Positions 57,694 through 64,000 of a stretch of DNA of 64,000 bases are shown in pieces. Every line of letters starts with the position of its first letter. Within the stretch, counting starts at the first letter, position 1. The position numbers and the translations under genes were made by a program. The notes beneath the pieces are model-generated. The model had not been told where the DNA came from. It ran no database searches and worked only from the letters and a program-made list of their open reading frames with translations. The stretch is from a candidate division WS6 bacterium GW2011_GWF2_39_15 (GTDB taxonomy: Bacteria; Patescibacteriota; Dojkabacteria; SC72): NCBI GenBank assembly GCA_000993565.1, contig LBWK01000001.1, positions 84,869-148,868 on the forward strand, read 5' to 3'.

Positions 57694-58374
57694 ATGTCTC
57701 TTAGATCATGCTTGAGTAGATTTAAAGAAGAAAAGCTGCCATTCTCGCACCAGTCATATTCAACACTCAAACTTGGTGCCAGAGAAATAGTCCTTTCGGA
57801 AATCATGCATACAATTGATAATGATACTGAAAGGAGAATCCGCAGAAGAGAATATATTGTAGATAAGGCTAAATATGCGACGGTCCTTTATGACAAGACT
57901 GGTAAATCAATAACCACAAGCATAATCCGCGACCTTTTTCACAACATTGGTTTTAATACCGATACAGTGTTTGGTGAGCCGCACAATGCCGATGTAACAT
58001 GCACGGCTAATATAGGTGGCTATATATTTCCATTCTGGAGAAGTTTTATATACCTCATAAATAAAAGTTCCCCCACTAGAATTCTGCTGACTCAGCGTTT
58101 AGGACCGGGAAGGAAAAGACTCCATGTCAGGCTTTTCAACAGCGATGACGGCTCATGGATAGTAATCACACATGTGGACCATTCCAACTGGTTCAATTTT
58201 CTCGACCCTATACAATCTGTCAAATCCCATTTCGTGAAAGCGACAGGTGACTATGAACTAGGAAACAAAATGCTGGAAAGCATAATTACACAGACGTTGC
58301 GAAACTTTGATAATCAGAAGCATCTCCATTTAGACATTAACCAGATATATTTAGACAATGTTAAACAAATCTGA
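57694..58374 (+). CDS. Hypothetical protein, possibly LssY C-terminal-like (track start 57625)
   Basis: RKRLHVRLF...WIVITHVDH resembles the RHHVRxW...W...D pattern. Confidence 0.5.
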   Translation: MSLRSCLSRFKEEKLPFSHQSYSTLKLGAREIVLSEIMHTIDNDTERRIRRREYIVDKAKYATVLYDKTGKSITTSIIRDLFHNIGFNTDTVFGEPHNADVTCTANIGGYIFPFWRSFIYLINKSSPTRILLTQRLGPGRKRLHVRLFNSDDGSWIVITHVDHSNWFNFLDPIQSVKSHFVKATGDYELGNKMLESIITQTLRNFDNQKHLHLDINQIYLDNVKQI

Positions 58375-59755
58375 ATTCCTAATATTTCTTGATTCGCCTC
58401 TACACTTCTGGGCCTACAAGCACGGTCTGTATACAAGTCCAAAAAGTGAACTTGCGGAACAGTTCAAACGACAGGGATATGATGTTGAAACTTGTGTCGC
58501 GGAGTATTTTCGAGCATTAATTCCACAAGGAGTAATAGAGCAAAAAACCTTTTTTACAAAGGAGCTCGAATGCAGAACGGATTTTCTTGTTTACGATGAA
58601 GGAACCAATTCATACGACCTTTATGAGGTTAAAAGCAGCACTGATGTTAAGCTGGATCACGAGTATGACATACTATTCCAATACATTGTAGCTTCCCAGA
58701 CAATCACAATCCGAAATCTTTACATTGTATATCTGAATAAGGAGTATGAAAGGGGAGCAGTACTGGATTTCGAACAACTCTTTAAAATCCGAGATGTTAC
58801 AGATCTCATTACAACTAGAAATGACGAAGTCGAAAGATTAATAAATGATGCCTTGAATATTGCAACAAAGGATTCGCCTGATGGCTTACTCGAGTGTTTC
58901 AAACCTAAAAACTGTCCCTGCCCCCAGCTTTGTTTTCCACTGCTGCCTGAATACTCAATCTACAGTCTTTCAAATTGCAGTGAGAAAATGACTCGAGAAC
59001 TCCGTGCTTCTGGAATCCTTGATATTAACGATATTCCCGACTCATTTAATCTAAGCCATAAACAAAGAATCCAGCTGATTTCTACAAAGCTTAAAAGCCC
59101 TGTAATTGATACACAAAGAATTGCAGAATTCATATCTAGAATTCAATTTCCGCTTCATTTTCTTGACTACGAGTCATATTCCTGGTCTATACCCCAATAC
59201 AATCGACATAGGGTTTATGAGAATGTCGTCTTTCAATATTCATTACATATTCAAAAGACAAGGAACAGCACATTAGATCACCACGAGTACCTTGCAATCA
59301 CCACAGATGATCCAATTAAGCTAATTGCAAAAGACATTACTGAAAAGATTAATGGCTCCGGAAGCATCCTTGTATGGAACAAAGATTTCGAGAAACGATG
59401 TAATAGAGACATGGCAAGAATATACCCGGAATATAGAGAGAAACTCTATAGTATTAATGAAAGGATTATAGATTTAGGAGATATCTTCAGTAAGCAAATG
59501 TATGTAGATTACAGATTCAAGGGTAGCTGGAGTATTAAAAATATACTCCCCGTATTAGTTCCAGATCTGGATTACAAGAAAATGGAGATCTCTAACGGCA
59601 CATTAGCAATGACAACATGGGAATCCATTGTGTACGGTAACCTAATCCCGCAAAAGAAAAACCTCTTAATAGATGCTTTATTAAAATACTGTGAGCTTGA
59701 TACGTACGCAATGTATAGAATACTGGAAGAAGTGATAAAGAGGCTCACTATTTAA
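58358..59755 (+). CDS. DUF2779-type nuclease: PD-(D/E)XK domain, Cys cluster, RNase H-like domain
   Basis: CRTDFL...LYEVKSST; CFKPKNCPCPQLC; HFLDYES, FQYSLH, SWSIKNILP, YCELDT. Confidence 0.85.
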   Translation: MLNKSEFLIFLDSPLHFWAYKHGLYTSPKSELAEQFKRQGYDVETCVAEYFRALIPQGVIEQKTFFTKELECRTDFLVYDEGTNSYDLYEVKSSTDVKLDHEYDILFQYIVASQTITIRNLYIVYLNKEYERGAVLDFEQLFKIRDVTDLITTRNDEVERLINDALNIATKDSPDGLLECFKPKNCPCPQLCFPLLPEYSIYSLSNCSEKMTRELRASGILDINDIPDSFNLSHKQRIQLISTKLKSPVIDTQRIAEFISRIQFPLHFLDYESYSWSIPQYNRHRVYENVVFQYSLHIQKTRNSTLDHHEYLAITTDDPIKLIAKDITEKINGSGSILVWNKDFEKRCNRDMARIYPEYREKLYSINERIIDLGDIFSKQMYVDYRFKGSWSIKNILPVLVPDLDYKKMEISNGTLAMTTWESIVYGNLIPQKKNLLIDALLKYCELDTYAMYRILEEVIKRLTI

Positions 59756-60491
59756 CTTTTTTGGAATGTACAATAGTAATAGTATCCGCTGTAACATATG
59801 ATATACCCCTCTGCCTACATCTTTGTTTCAAGCCTATTTTAAATATCCCTTCAGTTGGCGAAGTAGGACCCCTATCAGAAATAATAACTATTCTTAAACC
59901 CGTTTTTCCAAGATCTGTTTCGGAATGAACTTGTTTAAACCAATCTATTAGAGGATCATATTTACTTACACTAGAAGGATACCTACTCTTAAGAACATAG
60001 AAAGTAAATGCATCACTGAGAAGGTATGGTACTAATCTATCCATTTTTTGAAAAACCTCAAGAGACATACCTCGTTCACTAAGACGATCTTTAATTTGTG
60101 CAATTAAATATCCGCTATTGAAAAGGTGTGACCTTTCATCGCGATTAGTAACTATAGCCATTGCACCTTCGAAGAGAGCATCTAACTCCACCAGGGCGTC
60201 TAAGTTAAGTTCGGGGACTAATTCATCATCTGGAAGCATCTGCTTTACTAAGGATTCAAATGAACTTCTAAGGGCACCGATCGGCAATTGGTGAATAAAG
60301 CCAACCAAATTGGCCGTGATCGTCATGTCAGCATCAATTAAAAGTACTGGAGTGTATCCGTCATGAGACTCACTTAAAATATTTATAGCTGAGTCTTTGG
60401 CCTCAGGAAGACTTCCTACCTTAAGTTTAACTTCTAGAGGGCGTTTTTCGTTTTCCTTTGAATTTGTGGCTACCCACTGGAAATCCGACAT
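59748..60491 (-). CDS. Hypothetical HAD-like protein
   Basis: LLIDADMTI (DxD), AIVTNR, VIISDR. Confidence 0.55.
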   Translation of the reverse strand: MSDFQWVATNSKENEKRPLEVKLKVGSLPEAKDSAINILSESHDGYTPVLLIDADMTITANLVGFIHQLPIGALRSSFESLVKQMLPDDELVPELNLDALVELDALFEGAMAIVTNRDERSHLFNSGYLIAQIKDRLSERGMSLEVFQKMDRLVPYLLSDAFTFYVLKSRYPSSVSKYDPLIDWFKQVHSETDLGKTGLRIVIISDRGPTSPTEGIFKIGLKQRCRQRGISYVTADTITIVHSKKVK

Positions 60492-60667
60492 AAATTTGCA
60501 AATGATTTAAGGGTTAAGATTCTACCCTAAAATTCCCTCCTTGCCAACCAAAAAGGCACAAAATATAACCGATAATTTTACATATAGAGTATATACTACA
60601 GGCGGTTTCCTTCAAAAAGCCTCTTATGATATGATAAAGAGAGACATACCATCAAATATGAGTAAAA

Positions 60668-61387
60668 ATGAGAAAACCTATAGACCTTCACAACCTCTTA
60701 AAGGGGAAAATAGGGGATTTCAGAGTCAAAGAGTCTGTTGATACGAAAAAGCTATATCTACCTCCTGGAGAGTACTTAGAGGGACGTAAAATGCCACATC
60801 CTGCGGTCACAGTAACTCAAAAGAAACAGTATATGTCATCAAACTATCTCCAATCCGGCTGCTCGATCGTTGCAATAGATTATATTGCTGATATAAAACA
60901 GGTAAAAATACCTATAAAGGAGATCGAACAGATAGCAACAAAATATGGCTTCGGATACTATGGAATTAGTGACAGCGGTATTGTAGATACGCTTAAGGAC
61001 ATTGGTATTGAGTCAAGAATTGAATACATGAGAGACGGGAACCAGCTATCCACTCTCTTTCCTGATAATTACTTAATTGCAAGCATCTGGGCAAATTACC
61101 GTAAGCCTAGACTCGCATTTAAACTTGATTCGCAAGAGTGGGATGGGGGACACTATGTAGTCTTTACCGATACATTTGAATATAACAACAAAAGATACTT
61201 CTACACAGTTGATGAGTCCGAAATAGACAGTGACAGCAGATGGGGATATAGTGGGATTGGAATAAACGGGTACGAACATATCCGGTACACTTATACAAAC
61301 CAAAGGACGGCATCAATTAATATATCCGGTATATGTCTCGGAAATACTACCTGGACGGCCGGCTTGGTAATTGTAATTAAGAAGTAA
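60668..61387 (+). CDS. Papain-fold (C39-like) cysteine peptidase-like protein
   Basis: QSGCSIVAI (Cys), GGHYVV (His), YTVD (Asp). Confidence 0.6.
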   Translation: MRKPIDLHNLLKGKIGDFRVKESVDTKKLYLPPGEYLEGRKMPHPAVTVTQKKQYMSSNYLQSGCSIVAIDYIADIKQVKIPIKEIEQIATKYGFGYYGISDSGIVDTLKDIGIESRIEYMRDGNQLSTLFPDNYLIASIWANYRKPRLAFKLDSQEWDGGHYVVFTDTFEYNNKRYFYTVDESEIDSDSRWGYSGIGINGYEHIRYTYTNQRTASINISGICLGNTTWTAGLVIVIKK

Positions 61388-61394
61388 CAAATAC

Positions 61395-62069
61395 ATGCTT
61401 AAAATCAATCTATCTGAAATAGAGGTCGGTAAAAAGCTCCTTCTCAGAAATATTGTCTTAAATATTTCACCCGGGACAATAACCATCTTAACAGGTTCAA
61501 ATGGGGCAGGGAAAAGCACAATAGCAAAAGCCATAATGGGTAACCCCGACATTAAAACCGTAGGGGAGATATACATAGATGATTCCAATATAACAGCGTT
61601 TAATCCATATCTGAGAGCTCAAAAAGGAATTTATCTTTCACACCAAAACCCTATAGGTATAAATGGAATAAAGCTGGGTACATTTCTCCGCACTACATAT
61701 ATGCAGATGGAGTATATTAAGAGAAAAACAGACTTACTAACTTTTCGTAAAACAACAAAGTCTCTTTGCAAAGAGTTAGGACTCAGTACAGACATCCTCG
61801 AGAGGGATCTCAATGTCGGATACTCTGGAGGAGAAATGAAAAAAGTAGAGTTTCTTCAGCTCCTGCTTCTCAGTCCTAAATACGCAATTCTGGATGAAAT
61901 TGATTCAGGTTTGGACGCAATATCCCGCAAAAGGATCTTCAAATACCTCAGTGACCTTGTACAGAAAGGACTTGGGGTACTCCTAATCACACACAGGGAA
62001 AACATAGACAAAGAATTAAAAGTCGTACAAACATACAAATTGGAAAATAAAACTCTTACAAATGTATAA
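61395..62069 (+). CDS. sufC: Fe-S cluster assembly ATPase
   Basis: GSNGAGKST..IMGNP, RDLNVGYSGGEMKK, LDEIDSGLD. Confidence 0.92.
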   Translation: MLKINLSEIEVGKKLLLRNIVLNISPGTITILTGSNGAGKSTIAKAIMGNPDIKTVGEIYIDDSNITAFNPYLRAQKGIYLSHQNPIGINGIKLGTFLRTTYMQMEYIKRKTDLLTFRKTTKSLCKELGLSTDILERDLNVGYSGGEMKKVEFLQLLLLSPKYAILDEIDSGLDAISRKRIFKYLSDLVQKGLGVLLITHRENIDKELKVVQTYKLENKTLTNV

Positions 62070-63396
62070 GTATCCTTTAAGCGAACAGACTATTCATGAA
62101 ATATCAGAAATAAAAGAAGAACCCTTGTGGGTTCTGAATAAACGACTTGAAGCATATAAAATTTTTCTTCAAAAGCCTTTACCTACATGGGGAGTAGATT
62201 TATCAACCTTAGATTTCACACAAATACAATACTTCACTCCAACTCAAAGTACTAAACATAAATGGTCTGATGTCCCAGAAGGAATTATAAAAGATTTTGA
62301 AAGGATAGGAGTTCCTGGTAGAGAACGAAAGTACTTGGCCGGCGTATCTACACAGTATGACTCGGGGGTTATATATCACAGACTAAAAGACCGCTTCTCC
62401 AAATATGGAATTATTTTTGAAAGTATTGAGAACGGACTGAAGATGTATCCTGAACTATTTAAGAAGTATTTTGGTACTTTAATAACCAGTGAAGATAATA
62501 AGTTTGCCGCCTTAAACACTGCTTTTTGGAGCGGGGGTAGTTTCGTTTATATCCCAAAAGGAATAAACCTGGAAATACCAATTGAAACATACTTTAGAAT
62601 TAATGCAAAAGCGTTGGGACAGTTTGAACGCACCCTCATCATTGCAGATAAAGGATCCTTTGTACACTACATAGAAGGATGTACTGCTCCGCAATACTTG
62701 GAATCATCACTTCACAGTGCTGTAGTTGAAATATTTGCCATGAAAGGAGCAACGGTTAAATATACCACTCTCCAAAACTGGTCAAAGAATGTCTACAATT
62801 TAGTTACCAAACGTGCCCTAACAGAGGAGAATGCCCATGTTGAGTGGGTTGACTGCAATATAGGTTCCCGTTATACGATGAAATACCCTTCCGTCGTGCT
62901 TAAGGGCGACAATTCAAGTGGGAAACTCATCTCCTTAGCTCTAGCATCAGAGAATCAAAACATTGATAGTGGAGGAAAAATGATACACATTGGTAGAGGG
63001 ACGAAAAGCACAATCATTTCCAAAACAATATGTCAGAAAGGTGGCACATCAACATATAGAGGGCTAAGCAAAATCACTCCTAATGCATTTAACTCCCGTG
63101 CCTATATTGACTGCGAATCACTACTCCTTGATTCAGACTCCCTGTCACAATCTCTTCCTACGGATGAGGTGAAAAATAATAGCTCAATATTGGAACATGA
63201 GGCTTTTGTATCAAGTATTTCCAAATCCCAGCTTTACTATTTAATGTCAAAGGGTTATACATCAGAACAGGCACGAGATCTGATTGTCCAAGGATTTGCC
63301 AGTTCAGTCCTCGATCTTCTACCTTGGGAATACTCAGTGGAATTAGAAAGGATTCTTTTTCATTTTTCAAAGGAGGAAGAAAATGAAAAGAACTAA
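62062..63396 (+). CDS. sufB: Fe-S cluster assembly scaffold
   Basis: DNKFAALNTAFWSGGSF, GQFERTLII, YIEGCTAP, LHSAVVE, TMKYPS, EHEA. Confidence 0.96.
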   Translation: MYKYPLSEQTIHEISEIKEEPLWVLNKRLEAYKIFLQKPLPTWGVDLSTLDFTQIQYFTPTQSTKHKWSDVPEGIIKDFERIGVPGRERKYLAGVSTQYDSGVIYHRLKDRFSKYGIIFESIENGLKMYPELFKKYFGTLITSEDNKFAALNTAFWSGGSFVYIPKGINLEIPIETYFRINAKALGQFERTLIIADKGSFVHYIEGCTAPQYLESSLHSAVVEIFAMKGATVKYTTLQNWSKNVYNLVTKRALTEENAHVEWVDCNIGSRYTMKYPSVVLKGDNSSGKLISLALASENQNIDSGGKMIHIGRGTKSTIISKTICQKGGTSTYRGLSKITPNAFNSRAYIDCESLLLDSDSLSQSLPTDEVKNNSSILEHEAFVSSISKSQLYYLMSKGYTSEQARDLIVQGFASSVLDLLPWEYSVELERILFHFSKEEENEKN

Positions 63397-63820
63397 GATT
63401 AAGCTTACAAAAGACCGCAGAATATTTGTCAAACAGAGCACCGTTTACGTCATAAGCTTAGTAGGGGAAATTAGCTTTGAAGGATCTATTGAATTCATAC
63501 AGAAGGCTGAAAACATAAATATAGAGGTATATATAAATAGTTTTCTCGAAGGTAATAGCGGGTTAGTTCTTGAAGTACTTTTCAGAAACTATAGTCATAA
63601 CAATATCGGGAAATATAACCTGCAATCAAGAGTAATTATCGATGGAAACAGTTCAGCAACTATTCGCCCGATCTTAATAGTCGGTAGCAAGGAATATCAG
63701 GCTAATCATAAGCTTTCTGTAGGGGGAATTGATTCCGCAGCTTCACAATATCTAAATACAAAAGGTTTAGACAGAACCCAGATTAAAAAGCTCATAAAAG
63801 AAAGTTTCATCAATTTCTAA
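63383..63820 (+). CDS. sufD: Short SufD-like protein (C-terminal beta-helix portion only)
   Basis: RPILIV...QANHKLSVGGID...QYLNTKGL...KLIKESF matches the SufD C-terminus; only 145 aa; GGAGG SD upstream. Confidence 0.6.
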   Translation: MKRTKIKLTKDRRIFVKQSTVYVISLVGEISFEGSIEFIQKAENINIEVYINSFLEGNSGLVLEVLFRNYSHNNIGKYNLQSRVIIDGNSSATIRPILIVGSKEYQANHKLSVGGIDSAASQYLNTKGLDRTQIKKLIKESFINF

Positions 63821-64000
63821 TTTCTAATTTCAACTCTATCTACATATTTACCCACTATCTCTGCGAACTCATTAAGCTCTTGCGATGTATAGCTTTTTGA
63901 ACTATCCAAAGTAGGATCAATACTTTTACCTGCTCGAAAATTTTGGATGTAGTAAACGGGAGATCCTTTTATTAAGAGCCCTATTTTCTTCATTACCTCA
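63817..64000 (-). CDS. nrdG: Partial C-terminus of an anaerobic ribonucleotide reductase activating (radical SAM) protein-like ORF
   Basis: Translated by hand: ...KKIGLLIKGSPVYYIQNFRAGKSIDP...VDRVEIRN*; the YxQNFR.GK..DP tail is typical of this activase family; N-terminus lies outside the window. Confidence 0.55.
   Translation of the reverse strand, partial: EVMKKIGLLIKGSPVYYIQNFRAGKSIDPTLDSSKSYTSQELNEFAEIVGKYVDRVEIRN

Noticed and set aside
60541-60741. 66-aa TTG-start ORF and short stems in the 60492-60667 intergenic region
   Set aside because: Weak start, overlap with the next gene, and only short stems in a divergent promoter region; no riboswitch consensus recognised.
583-63370. Many 60-130 aa ORFs nested antisense or out of frame in long genes (e.g. 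783-1157, 6266-6565, 43133-43528, 53885-54214)
   Set aside because: Shadow ORFs of well-supported genes, without motifs or independent start signals.

Overview
Densely packed, AT-rich bacterial chromosome segment using standard genetic code 11. Gene content and style fit a Patescibacteria/CPR genome, possibly Dojkabacteria/Microgenomates-like; this is inferred from few Shine-Dalgarno sites, apparently leaderless genes, abutting convergent genes and many secreted hydrolase-like ORFans. Housekeeping genes: gatB-gatC-gatA, rnhB, helD-like helicase, mnmA, gpmI, rplS, dnaE, uvrC, uvrB, mutL, lexA, ppaC, sod, sufC-sufB plus a short sufD, two ABC transporters, a partial nrdG-like gene and seven tRNAs (Leu-TAG, Thr-CGT, Gly-CCC, Lys-TTT, Gly-TCC, Gln-TTG, Pro-TGG). 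No CRISPR array, rRNA, integrase or transposase was seen. Most unusual signals: (1) a small membrane-protein gene (49493-49825) whose 5' and 3' UTRs share a perfect 12-nt inverted repeat, with an SD-sequestering hairpin and a long bulged 3' hairpin, suggesting a 5'-3' end-pairing RNA switch; (2) a candidate structured RNA at about 11960-12060; (3) a set of enzyme folds lacking catalytic residues (Fic, cupin-PGI, transglutaminase, receiver, UbiA); (4) an SPFH/Tim44-zinc-ribbon envelope operon; (5) an archaeal-like SOD behind a Cys-rich ArsR regulator. All family calls come from motif recognition by eye; no database search or folding computation was run.
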